Source of the DNA: Chthonomonadales bacterium
Lineage (GTDB): Bacteria; Armatimonadota; Chthonomonadetes; Chthonomonadales; CAJBBX01
Length of the DNA stretch: 64,000 nt
NCBI GenBank assembly: GCA_037443035.1
Contig: JBBIPC010000008.1
Location: forward strand, 32,001 to 96,000
Reading direction: 5' to 3'
Made by a program: the position numbers and the translations under genes. The notes beneath the pieces are model-generated. The model saw only the letters and a program-made list of their open reading frames with translations. It did not search any database and was not told where the DNA came from. Positions 18,566 through 27,628 of this stretch are shown here, one piece after another (positions within the stretch are counted from its first letter, which is position 1; every line of letters begins with the position of its first letter).

Positions 18566-19999
18566 TTGACGGAATCACCAACCCTTGCCGAAGCTCCGAC
18601 ACATGCCCATGCTGCGGCCATCATCTTGGCTGCGGGCAAGTCCACGCGTATGCGCTCGCGCCTACCGAAGCCGCTGCATTCGCTATGTGGACGTCCACTG
18701 ACCCGTCATGTAATTGCCGCGTGCCGCGAAGCTGGCATCAGCAGGATCGTCGTGGTGATAGGCCACGAAGCCGAGCAGGTACGTGCAGGTCTCGGCGACG
18801 ATGTGGAGTATGTGATACAGCAGGAACAGCTCGGCACTGGACACGCAACGCTGTGCGCAGAGCAGGTGCTGGTAGACCATGACGGTCCCATACTCGTGCT
18901 TGCAGGCGACGTGCCGCTCCTCCGGCCGGAGACGCTGGGCCGCCTTGTAGCGGCTGCGTCGGCAAGCGAAGTATTCGGGGCGATGCTCGTTGCCGAGCTG
19001 GACGACCCGACAGGGTATGGCCGCGTCATACTCGATGCAAGCGGCGCCGTGCGGCGCATTGTCGAACAGAAGGATGCCACGCCGGAGGAAGCCGCGATCC
19101 GCACGTGGAACCCATCCGTCTACTGTTTCCGCGGCCAGGGCCTGTGGAAGCGGTTGCGCGAGGTCCGGTCCGACAACGCGCAGCGAGAGTACTACCTGAC
19201 GGATGTAGTAGGACTCGCCGCAAGCCATGGCGAGCGAGTCGTTGGAGTGCCAGTTGCGGACGCAACCGAGGTCCTTGGAGTCAACAGTCGTATAGACCTG
19301 GCCGAGGTTGCGAAGGCTCTTCGAGATCGCGTTCTCCGCAAGTGGATGCTTGCGGGAGTGACAGTGGTCGATCCAGCCTCGACGTACGTGGACGTGGATG
19401 TCCAGATCGGAGCGGACACTGTCCTCGAGCCGCAGACGCATCTTCTCGGCAAGACCGTCATCGGGGAGGAATGCCAGATCGGTCCCATGGCCGTGATACG
19501 GGATTGCAGAGTGGGCAACGGATGCGTGGTAATTGCTTCCCACGCGGAGAACTGCACCATCGGCAACGCTGTGCGAATAGGACCTTTCGCGCGACTTCGG
19601 CCTGGCTGCGCAATCGGTGACCGAACCAAGATCGGGAACTTCGTGGAGCTGAAGAATGCTGTCATCGGGGAAGGTGTGGCCGCTTCGCACTTATCCTATC
19701 TCGGTGACGCCAGTGTCGGCGCATATACGAACATTGGTGCTGGTACCATCACGTGCAACTACGATGGCTTCGCCAAACATCGGACAGTCATCGGCGAACG
19801 TGCCTTCATCGGCACGGACAACGCTCTAGTGGCTCCCGTCTCCATCGGTAACGGAGCCATGACGGCAGCGGGAAGCACTATCACTGAGGATGTTCCCGAC
19901 GATGCCCTAGCGATCGCGCGAGCCAAGCAAGTCAATCGGGACGGGTGGGCAGCGCGCTGGCGCGAAGCACATACGAAGCGGGAGAAGAAGGATGGGTGA
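18566..19999 (+). CDS. glmU: bifunctional UDP-GlcNAc pyrophosphorylase / glucosamine-1-P acetyltransferase
   Basis: LAAGKSTRMRS..PK, QLGTGHA, GYGR, EYYLTD, hexapeptide repeats, HLSYLGD, NYDG. Confidence 0.96.
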   Translation: MTESPTLAEAPTHAHAAAIILAAGKSTRMRSRLPKPLHSLCGRPLTRHVIAACREAGISRIVVVIGHEAEQVRAGLGDDVEYVIQQEQLGTGHATLCAEQVLVDHDGPILVLAGDVPLLRPETLGRLVAAASASEVFGAMLVAELDDPTGYGRVILDASGAVRRIVEQKDATPEEAAIRTWNPSVYCFRGQGLWKRLREVRSDNAQREYYLTDVVGLAASHGERVVGVPVADATEVLGVNSRIDLAEVAKALRDRVLRKWMLAGVTVVDPASTYVDVDVQIGADTVLEPQTHLLGKTVIGEECQIGPMAVIRDCRVGNGCVVIASHAENCTIGNAVRIGPFARLRPGCAIGDRTKIGNFVELKNAVIGEGVAASHLSYLGDASVGAYTNIGAGTITCNYDGFAKHRTVIGERAFIGTDNALVAPVSIGNGAMTAAGSTITEDVPDDALAIARAKQVNRDGWAARWREAHTKREKKDG

Positions 20000-20936
20000 G
20001 CTACGTCTCTTCGGCGGCAACGCGAATCCCGAGCTGGCGGCAAACATCGCCAGAGAACTGAAGATCGGCCTCGGCCGCATGGAAGTGACCGAGTTCAGCG
20101 ATGGCGAGATCGGGGTAAAGATCGACGAGAGTGTCCGCAACCTCGATGTATTCATCATTCAGCCAACCTGCCGGCCAGTGAACCGGAACCTCATGGAACT
20201 TCTGATCATCTTGGATGCGTTCCGGCGTGCCTCTGCGGCGCGCATCACGGCTGTGATGCCCTATTACGGGTATGCCAGGCAGGACAAGAAGGTCAAGCCT
20301 CGCGAGCCTGTATCCGCGCGCCTGGTGGCGAATCTGATCCAGACGGCTGGTGCCAACCGCGCGCTGTGCGTTGACCTCCACGCGGGCCAGATCCAGGGCT
20401 TCTTCGACATTCCCGTGGATCACCTCACTGCGATTCCACTGATGGGTAAGGCGTTGCGAGAAAGAGGGATGTATGGCGACAATGTCGTCGTGGTGTCACC
20501 CGATGTGGGCGGTGTGGCCCGGGCGCGAGCGCTCGCCGAACTTGTGAATGCTCCACTGGCCATTATTGCGAAGCGTCGTCCGGAACCGAACGAGGTGGAG
20601 ATTCTGGAGGTTGTCGGCAACGTCAGGGGCCGACGGTGCATCATGGTGGACGACATCATTGACACTGGTGGGTCCATCGTGCAGGGCGCCCAGAAGCTCC
20701 ACGAACTCGGCGCGGCTGAGGTGTACGCATGCTGCACGCATGGTGTGCTATCGGGCGATGCCCTGGACCGTGTGGCTGCGTCGAAGCTGAGTTCGCTTAT
20801 CGTGACCGATACGATCCCCTTACCGGCAGGACGTCCCACCGGGAAGGTGCAGGTCATCTCGGTCGCAGAGCTGCTTGCTGAGGCGATCGCCCGCATCCAC
20901 GATGACCGGTCTGTCAGCGAGATGTTCCGGCGCTGA
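19992..20936 (+). CDS. prs: ribose-phosphate pyrophosphokinase
   Basis: FSDGE, PYYGYARQD, DLHAGQIQGFF, SPDVGG, VDDIIDTGGS. Confidence 0.97.
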   Translation: MGELRLFGGNANPELAANIARELKIGLGRMEVTEFSDGEIGVKIDESVRNLDVFIIQPTCRPVNRNLMELLIILDAFRRASAARITAVMPYYGYARQDKKVKPREPVSARLVANLIQTAGANRALCVDLHAGQIQGFFDIPVDHLTAIPLMGKALRERGMYGDNVVVVSPDVGGVARARALAELVNAPLAIIAKRRPEPNEVEILEVVGNVRGRRCIMVDDIIDTGGSIVQGAQKLHELGAAEVYACCTHGVLSGDALDRVAASKLSSLIVTDTIPLPAGRPTGKVQVISVAELLAEAIARIHDDRSVSEMFRR

Positions 20937-20967
20937 AGACAATACGAGACGGCAATACGTGGCCTCC

Positions 20968-21006
20968 GGGGTGCCTATTGAGGGGTTCCACCCCAATACG
21001 CACCCC
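20968..21006. terminator. hairpin between convergent prs and the 6S-like RNA
   Basis: Imperfect inverted repeat GGGGTGC-C-TATTG..CAATA-C-GCACCCC. Confidence 0.55.
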
Positions 21007-21025
21007 CGAAGTGTCCGGCTAGTTC

Positions 21026-21205
21026 GAGCCCCGCGGCGCCGTGTGCTCCTGAGCCCAAGAACCCGTGTAACACGGGCGGATGTACGCCGGATGTCATCGC
21101 GATTCCCCAGGATGGGGCTGCCACTCCGACAATCCGAGTCGTACTCCCTGGGACTGGCGTTGGGTATGGGCTCTTCGGTGCATCACCAACGCCTGCAGGG
21201 CTCCC
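21026..21205 (-). ncRNA. ssrS: 6S RNA (putative)
   Basis: About 180 nt. The 5' GAGCCCUGC(A)GGCGUUG pairs with 3' CGGCGCCGCGGGGCUC; central bubble, then GGAGUACG/CGUACAUCC and UCGGAUUGUC/GACAUCCGG stems; 3' bubble hairpin CCCGUG-UUA-CACGGG followed by UUC; own -10 TACAAT at 21212-21217. Confidence 0.75.
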
Positions 21206-21209
21206 GCAG

Positions 21210-22139
21210 TTATTGTACTTCGTATACGCTGTTGTCGGACGCAGAAGGTTCCAGCCAGTATTCCAGAACCTGAGATGGACGCATCCGCTCCAAGCCGCGG
21301 CCACCTACTGTCAAACCCATTAATGCTTGCTGTGGAGCCAGACCTATCAGCTCTCCGTCGCCTACCTCACCGCCAGCCGACTGGACGACGTCAGCTACAA
21401 ACGCGAATACGCCGGCGACGGGAGTGCGAAACGGCTGCGTGATATTCATAGACACCTGAGCCGACTCCTGCGAGGGGAGCAGCAGGCCGAGCGCACGGAC
21501 ACCTGCGACCGCGGCATCCCTATGTCGTGCAGTCCGTATGGCCCTAGCAGCCATGCGCGCAGCGGGTAGCCCACCCCGGACCATATAGATGTTGTAAGCC
21601 ACCAGGGGAGGGCGTGCTCCTACTACGGCGGCCCCTCGGGACGGGTGGAACGAGGCTCGAAGGTCAGGCTCCAGCAAGCCGCATTGTGGTGGAGCATAGC
21701 CCGAAGCACGCACAGCTCGGCGGATGGCGGGCAAGGTGGAGGGGCGTCCTTCGCGGGCAGCACGCTCGTACAGGTACACCGGCACCTGCATGTTGTCTGC
21801 GAGGGCCCTGGCCGTCTCTTCGGCCAACACGATGCAGTCCTGCATGGTCGTGTTTCTAATGGGAGTGAAAGGTACCACGTCCACAACACCCATTCGAGGG
21901 TGGGCGCCGTCGTGGTAACGGAGGTCCACATGATGCAGTGCCACGGCCGCGGCGGCAAGGACCGCTTCGCGCACCGCAGCAGGGGAACCAAGGAGGGACA
22001 GAACCATGCGGTTGTGATCGGCATCGGCCGAGTAGTCCGCCACGATGGCTCCGTGTCCAGAAGCCGCTTTGGCTATGGTGCGGACAATCTCTGGGCGCCG
22101 TCCTTCGCTGAAGTTGGCGGCACACTGGACAACGGGCAT
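21210..22139 (-). CDS. ftcD: stand-alone glutamate formimidoyltransferase
   Basis: CAANFSEGRR, DADHNR, HPRMGVVDVVPF, PVYLYE, GARPPLVAYN, QVSMN. Alternative start 22196 would couple to scpB. Confidence 0.88.
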   Translation of the reverse strand: MPVVQCAANFSEGRRPEIVRTIAKAASGHGAIVADYSADADHNRMVLSLLGSPAAVREAVLAAAAVALHHVDLRYHDGAHPRMGVVDVVPFTPIRNTTMQDCIVLAEETARALADNMQVPVYLYERAAREGRPSTLPAIRRAVRASGYAPPQCGLLEPDLRASFHPSRGAAVVGARPPLVAYNIYMVRGGLPAARMAARAIRTARHRDAAVAGVRALGLLLPSQESAQVSMNITQPFRTPVAGVFAFVADVVQSAGGEVGDGELIGLAPQQALMGLTVGGRGLERMRPSQVLEYWLEPSASDNSVYEVQ

Positions 22140-22195
22140 GTGGGGCGGCAGCCGTGCCGGGGGGTGCAGACTAGAGCTGGATGACCGCATGCGCA

Positions 22196-22771
22196 TCAGG
22201 GGCTTTCCGGAAGCGAGGGAGCAGACGCCTCGGACTCCTCTAGTGGCGGCAACTCCGAAAGGTCTTTCAGTGCGAAGTAGTGCAGGAAGCTTGGCGTCGT
22301 AACATAGAGGATCGGGCGGCCCACAGTCGGCTTGCGGCCGGCCTCGGCGATGAGGCTCCTGTCGAGCAGCGTCTTGAGCACCGATGAGCATCCAACTCCG
22401 CGCACTGCTTCGATCTCCGGCTGCGTGATGGGCTGCCAGTAGGCGATGATCGCGAGGGTCTCCAGCGCTGCTCGGGACAGCCTGTTGGACTCGCGCGCCA
22501 GCAGTCGTCCGATAACGGCAGCATAAGCAGGACGCGTGCAGAGGTGGTACCCGCCTGCGATTTCGACCACTTGTAGGCTGCTGCCGCGTGCGTCGAGACG
22601 TTCCTGCAGTTCGCGTATGGCGGTGGCAGCTTCGTCTTCTGGACAGTCCAGCGCGCGCGCAAGCTCCGCGATGGAGACAGGCGCACTTGCCACGAAGAGG
22701 ACCGCCTCGACCTCTGCGTCGCGGGACGTCGGAAGCTGATCGGCGCGGATCGTGGGACTATCCGACATCAT
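22196..22771 (-). CDS. scpB: SMC-Scp complex subunit ScpB
   Basis: EAVLF, LSRAALETLAIIAYWQPIT..IEAVRGV, GRPILYVTT. Confidence 0.95.
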   Translation of the reverse strand: MMSDSPTIRADQLPTSRDAEVEAVLFVASAPVSIAELARALDCPEDEAATAIRELQERLDARGSSLQVVEIAGGYHLCTRPAYAAVIGRLLARESNRLSRAALETLAIIAYWQPITQPEIEAVRGVGCSSVLKTLLDRSLIAEAGRKPTVGRPILYVTTPSFLHYFALKDLSELPPLEESEASAPSLPESP

Positions 22772-23555
22772 CGCCAACGGTCGCCTCCGGGGCGCTGTCA
22801 GTGGGCGCGACGTAGTGGATCCGAATGTCTCCGAATGCATGTCGCTGGTACACTCGAACCTTACCCGTACGAACAAGCTCCAGCAAGGCCAGGAAACAGA
22901 TGACGATCTCGGTCAGCCCCGCGCACTTTGCGCTCATGTCCTGGAAAGAAACGCCGCCAGGGGACCTGCGGGCTGAGCGAAGCAGTTCCGCCATCTTCAT
23001 GCGTAGGCTGACCCGCTGCTGCGGCACGATGGCCGATACCGGTTCAGATTGCTGCACGCCTGCCGCTTCGAGAACGCGCCTCAGAGCGCTGGCGAGGTCA
23101 GCGCCGGTCAGCTCACTGGCCGTGACAGGCAGTACATAGTCGTCCACGGTCTCCAGCGCATCTCGAAAGAAGAGCTGCGCGCGATAGTTCTCCCATTCTC
23201 GGAGCTGTTCGACCACCCCTTGGTATCGGCGATACTCGAGAAGCTTGGCCACCAGCTCGGCGCGAGGATCCGGCTCATCATCCGTTTGTGGCGGCTTCGG
23301 CAACAGCATGCGCGACTTGATCTCCAACAGCGTGGCGGCCATCACCAGATACTCGCCGGCCACAGTCAGATCCAGTGCGTGCCATTCCGCAAGCCGTTCC
23401 AGGTACTGGCGGGTGATCTCCGCGATGGGAATGTCGTAGATGTCAACTTCGTTCTCGCGAATGAGCTGCAGGAGCAGATCCAGAGGACCCTCGTAGTTGG
23501 GAAGCGTGAAGCGTGGCGCCATCGTGGAGCTCGATGCTGTCAGTTCGCGGATCAT
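22758..23555 (-). CDS. scpA: segregation and condensation protein ScpA
   Basis: YEGPLDLLLQLI, DIYDIPIAEIT, YLVMAATLLEIKSRMLLP, FLALLEL. Confidence 0.95.
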   Translation of the reverse strand: MIRELTASSSTMAPRFTLPNYEGPLDLLLQLIRENEVDIYDIPIAEITRQYLERLAEWHALDLTVAGEYLVMAATLLEIKSRMLLPKPPQTDDEPDPRAELVAKLLEYRRYQGVVEQLREWENYRAQLFFRDALETVDDYVLPVTASELTGADLASALRRVLEAAGVQQSEPVSAIVPQQRVSLRMKMAELLRSARRSPGGVSFQDMSAKCAGLTEIVICFLALLELVRTGKVRVYQRHAFGDIRIHYVAPTDSAPEATVGDDVG

Positions 23556-24217
23556 GGTCGGATGCCGTCCAGGTTGGCAAGATGGCACGTGTCGTTGGTG
23601 AACCAGATCCACGACCGCTGTGGAGTGTGCTCGACGAGACTCACGGAGCCGTTGTCGAGACGGAAGGCAAGCATCGAAGGAATTGCTGCCACTCCGAGTG
23701 CCAAGCAGAACAACACGCGGAGGCTGCCACCATGGCCAACAACGACGACTGTCTCCCCTGCGTGGCGCCGGGCGATGTCATGCATGGCTGTTGTCATGCG
23801 CTCGGCCACCTGCTCGAGGGATTCGGCGCCGGGTGGACGATAGCGTACGGGATTCGCTCGGTAGCGAGCCAGCGCCGCGCCCTCGCCCTTGGCGAGCAGC
23901 TCGGCGTCGGTCATCCCTTCCCAGCCTCCGAGGTCGGTCTCCGTAAGGAGGTCCGTTTCCAGCACCCGAAGTCCATGCGGTTCGGCGATGGCCTCCGCGG
24001 TCGCGCGGGCGCGTGAGAGCCTGGAGCTGTAGACTGCGGATACAGGCTCGCCGCTGAGCCGTTTGGCGACGGCCGCCGACTGCAACACGCCCCGTTCCGA
24101 TAGAGGAACATCGGATCGTCCCTGCATCCGGCCAGCGGCGTTCCACTCGGTTTCCCCATGACGAACGATGAAGACCCGCAGCGGACGTGGTACCGCCAGA
24201 CAAGCCAGTTCAGACAT
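23552..24217 (-). CDS. histidine phosphatase family protein (GpmB/CobC-like)
   Basis: RHGETEWN, SSRLSRA, PGAES, VGHGG. Confidence 0.9.
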   Translation of the reverse strand: MSELACLAVPRPLRVFIVRHGETEWNAAGRMQGRSDVPLSERGVLQSAAVAKRLSGEPVSAVYSSRLSRARATAEAIAEPHGLRVLETDLLTETDLGGWEGMTDAELLAKGEGAALARYRANPVRYRPPGAESLEQVAERMTTAMHDIARRHAGETVVVVGHGGSLRVLFCLALGVAAIPSMLAFRLDNGSVSLVEHTPQRSWIWFTNDTCHLANLDGIRP

Positions 24218-25289
24218 CGCCGTTCCTGTACACTGGAATGATCCGCCCGTCGGCCGCCCAACATGCCGCGCCTAGTCTGATGATGCGCACGCTATCCATT
24301 GCCGGAGCAGAAGAGGTCACTTTCAGGATCCGGCGTTCTGCGTCCAGACCCACCACCAGTCCGATTCCCACCATCGTCCGCTCTCGATCATAGAGTCCTA
24401 CGACCAGACGCTCCAGCGACGTGGATGGGATGGAGAGAACGGCCTGCGCGCCGTAGAGCCGCGAGGCGACGGCCTGTGCCGTCTCGTATGGAGGAAGCGT
24501 CCGTGCAACGATTCCGAGCCGGTTACCGATCTGCTCAGCATACTCCACCTGCACGTCCAGCGCGGCGCCTAGCTGGTCGAGTGCGCGTTTTCCCAGAGGC
24601 GCTCCACAGCCCAGCCACGAGTTCTCGATGACGACCTCCTCGAATGGCCACTCTCGCACGACCGCGTTCGCGAATGCCTCGGCGAAGCGGGCGGCACGCC
24701 GCTGGGCACGCAGGGCGGGCGTCTTGACGGTGATCGTGTCTGGCACGGGGACGTGGTGAACGATGGGCCGTGCGACACTCCGCAAGACACGTGCCAGGGC
24801 CGATACCCCTTGACGGCGTGCGAGAGCGACCACCTGGTCGGGGCGCAGAGCATCGAGCTTGCATCGCTTCAGGCGATGAGACCAACTCATGGCAGCCAGA
24901 CCTGTCGTGTCACAAATGATGAACTTGGCTCCCCGCTCCCGTGCGATGCTAACCATCTGACAGGTCTGTGCTAGGTGCTCGAGAGGTACATGCTGCGGAG
25001 TGACACTCCCGACAAAGCCGCTGGCCACGGGCTTGATATCGCTCAGGCGGGTAACGGGTTCCGTCACGAGTCCGACGCTAACGCACGTTGGCGGTCCGAT
25101 CTCAGACTGCCCGATGTCGGCGTCCACGACGCCGGTGGGGATTCCCGCTGCTACCGCACAGTTGGCCAGCTCCCTGGCGAATGTCGTCTTGCCTGTATCC
25201 ACAGCGCCCAGAATCAGCACTAACCCGCCTCGCTCGGCGACGGCCTCGATCGTCTGGGCCCATTCAGGTGGCGTGGACGGTGGCGTCAC
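24210..25289 (-). CDS. Clp1/Grc3-like polynucleotide 5'-hydroxyl kinase
   Basis: Walker A GAVDTGKTT, DADIGQSEIGPP, ICDTTG and an Arg-rich lid (RAQRR). Confidence 0.8.
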   Translation of the reverse strand: MTPPSTPPEWAQTIEAVAERGGLVLILGAVDTGKTTFARELANCAVAAGIPTGVVDADIGQSEIGPPTCVSVGLVTEPVTRLSDIKPVASGFVGSVTPQHVPLEHLAQTCQMVSIARERGAKFIICDTTGLAAMSWSHRLKRCKLDALRPDQVVALARRQGVSALARVLRSVARPIVHHVPVPDTITVKTPALRAQRRAARFAEAFANAVVREWPFEEVVIENSWLGCGAPLGKRALDQLGAALDVQVEYAEQIGNRLGIVARTLPPYETAQAVASRLYGAQAVLSIPSTSLERLVVGLYDRERTMVGIGLVVGLDAERRILKVTSSAPAMDSVRIIRLGAACWAADGRIIPVYRNGDV

Positions 25290-25302
25290 GTACGGCTCCT
25301 CA

Positions 25303-25331
25303 TTGACGAAACCGCTTCACGGCAGTATCAT
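25303..25331 (+). promoter_or_regulatory. sigma-70 promoter
   Basis: TTGACG-N17-TATCAT upstream of the 25388 ORF. Confidence 0.55.
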
Positions 25332-25387
25332 GGTGCCTGCAGTGTCCAGACGCCATATGACGAACGGGAGAGGACCTGTACCTCGAC

Positions 25388-25894
25388 ATGCAGAGGTCGA
25401 ATCGTATCATCCTGGCTGTGGCGGCAGCTCTTGGCATTCTGAGCATCGTGGTCTATTTCCTGTCTCAGGATACCCCCGCCCCGCGGCTCACCCGTGGCGT
25501 GGTGCAGAAGCTACTCGCGGACGTGGCGGTTGCTGTACACCACAGAGACGCCAGCGCAGCATTCGCCTGTACGACACCGGATGCGATTCTGTTTGGGCAG
25601 CGCCGAGCTAGGCTCGAGCGATGGGCGCAGAGGTGGACGCGGCAGGCCTCCACAGGAACGCTGGAGATTACCTGGCGCGACCTCACTGTGACGGATCTCG
25701 GTTCTACGGGGCTGGCGGACTTCTACGTAGTCGTCGGGGAGCGTTTGGGGGGCGTGAACACGGTCTACTTCGAGTCTCAGGTCACCCTGCACTTGACGAA
25801 AACCAAGCTCGCCGGACCGCTAGGGCTCGGCAGCAAGGAGAAGTGGCTCATCAGCCGCGCTGAAGCAGTGACGGACCCATTCTCAGGACAGTGA
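25388..25894 (+). CDS. membrane-anchored hypothetical protein, possible NTF2/SnoaL-like fold
   Basis: N-terminal TM helix; helices followed by beta strands ending KWLI; RBS-like GAGAGG upstream. Confidence 0.6.
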   Translation: MQRSNRIILAVAAALGILSIVVYFLSQDTPAPRLTRGVVQKLLADVAVAVHHRDASAAFACTTPDAILFGQRRARLERWAQRWTRQASTGTLEITWRDLTVTDLGSTGLADFYVVVGERLGGVNTVYFESQVTLHLTKTKLAGPLGLGSKEKWLISRAEAVTDPFSGQ

Positions 25895-25915
25895 TAGAAG
25901 TGTGGGGCAGTCGCC

Positions 25916-27073
25916 TTACCCGCTCGGTGGACCGCCAGGCCGACTACCGAGACGCACCGTAACCTCCTCCGACCCTGATCCGCGCAGGAGTCGTATTCTC
26001 ACCTTGTCGCCGATCTTCCGCCGACTCAGCGCTAGGCGCACGTCCGCTAGGCGGCGCACAGGCTGACCGTCAATGGCGAGGATTACGTCGCCGCGACGCA
26101 TGCCGGCATCGGCCGCGGGCGTCAGCGGCTTCACCTCTAGTACGATCACGCCGATACCTGGGGGCAGGTCGAGCTGGCCGGACATTTCCGGCGTCAGCGC
26201 AGCGTAGACGATCCCTAGGAAAGGTGCCGACGGCGACTCCACCACCGGCTTCTTGTGCGCAAGGATGTCCGCCAGTACCATGCGCACCGCGTTGCTCGGA
26301 ATCGCGAATCCAATGCCGACGTTCGCGCCACGCTCGCTGACAATGGCCGTGTTGATACCGACAAGCTGACCGCTCGTATTTGCCAGTGCTCCCCCGGAAT
26401 TCCCCCTGCTGATCGCAGCATCGGTCTGGATGGCTCTGCGGAGGAAGACTCCGTCGCCGACACTGAGGTCTCGGCGGTCGGTGGCTGAGACGATACCGTG
26501 GGTGACCGTCGTCCCGAGACCAAACGGGTTGCCAATGGCGATCACTTGCTCGCCCACCTCGAGTGCGTCCGAGTCCCCGAATTCGGCTGCCGGCAGTCCT
26601 GTTGCGGCAACCTTCAAGAGCGCGATGTCGTTCGTGGGATCAGCACCCACGACACGCGCCTCGAACTTAGCGCCGGACGCGGTGACGATCCGGATGAGGC
26701 TGGCTCCCTGCACGACGTGGTTGTTCGTGACAACGAATCCGTTCGGATCTATCGTCACGCCAGAAGCCTTGCCCTCGCGCGAGAGGGGAGGCCCGTAGGG
26801 GTCGCCAACTATGTCCCGATGTGGTCCGCCAAGCTCCTCCAGGGTGTCCACGTTCACCACGGCCGGCCTGATGCGCTTAGCCGCGGCGACGAGTGGGGAA
26901 GGTTCCGCGATCGGACGTGCAGGCGTGGAACGCAGGCGCTTGAGCAGTGATCTTTCGGCTGCATTACCAGATCTGGAGCCACTCCGCGCCGTGAGAAGCC
27001 ACGCAACGCTGACCGTGATGGCGCCGAGAGCAAAAACGATGGCGTAGGCACCGACATGCCGCAGCCGTGACAT
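25916..27073 (-). CDS. HtrA/DegP-family serine protease with one PDZ domain
   Basis: TNNHVV, DIALLK, IQTDAAISRGNSGG triad motifs; FLGI..GDVILAIDG PDZ; N-terminal TM. Confidence 0.92.
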   Translation of the reverse strand: MSRLRHVGAYAIVFALGAITVSVAWLLTARSGSRSGNAAERSLLKRLRSTPARPIAEPSPLVAAAKRIRPAVVNVDTLEELGGPHRDIVGDPYGPPLSREGKASGVTIDPNGFVVTNNHVVQGASLIRIVTASGAKFEARVVGADPTNDIALLKVAATGLPAAEFGDSDALEVGEQVIAIGNPFGLGTTVTHGIVSATDRRDLSVGDGVFLRRAIQTDAAISRGNSGGALANTSGQLVGINTAIVSERGANVGIGFAIPSNAVRMVLADILAHKKPVVESPSAPFLGIVYAALTPEMSGQLDLPPGIGVIVLEVKPLTPAADAGMRRGDVILAIDGQPVRRLADVRLALSRRKIGDKVRIRLLRGSGSEEVTVRLGSRPGGPPSG

Positions 27074-27092
27074 GCGTTATCCTCGATCGAGG

Positions 27093-27560
27093 TTAGGCGA
27101 GTTGCCGCAGCAGATTGGCCATCTCGATGGCCGCCATGGCCGCCTCTGCACCTTTGTTGCCGGCTTTCGAGCCAGCGCGTTCGATGGCCTGCTCCAGGTT
27201 CTCTACCGTAATGATGCCGTAGGTCACCGGCACACCGGTATCCAGCGCGATCTGGGCCAGACCCTTGGTCACCTCGGCGGCCAAGTACTCGAAGTGGGGC
27301 GTCGCACCGCGAATAAGGCAACCAACACACGCTACGGCATCGTAGCTACCAGACCGCGCCAGCCTCTGGGCCGCCAGGGGTATCTCCCACGTGCCGGGCA
27401 CGCGTACAATCTCCACGTCTTCTTCTTTGGCGCCGTGCCTGACGAGCGCGTCCGTCGCCCCGGACAGCATCCGCTCCGTGATGAACGAGTTCCAGCGGCT
27501 TACGACCACGCCGAAGCGCAGCCCTTCGGCTACCAGCTTGCCCTCGATGATCTTGCTCAT
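27093..27560 (-). CDS. ribH: 6,7-dimethyl-8-ribityllumazine synthase
   Basis: [32 protein letters not shown]. Confidence 0.96.
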   Translation of the reverse strand: MSKIIEGKLVAEGLRFGVVVSRWNSFITERMLSGATDALVRHGAKEEDVEIVRVPGTWEIPLAAQRLARSGSYDAVACVGCLIRGATPHFEYLAAEVTKGLAQIALDTGVPVTYGIITVENLEQAIERAGSKAGNKGAEAAMAAIEMANLLRQLA

Positions 27561-27628
27561 CGCTTCTCCTTGTGCGCTGAGCGGCTCATGGTCGCCAGCA
27601 CGAAGCTGGAGGGCCGCTCCTGCCTCCT

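Noticed and set aside
20875..21304. ORFs 20875..21273 (+) and 20975..21304 (-)
   Set aside because: No protein-like motifs; they overlap prs or ftcD and the structured 6S-like RNA.
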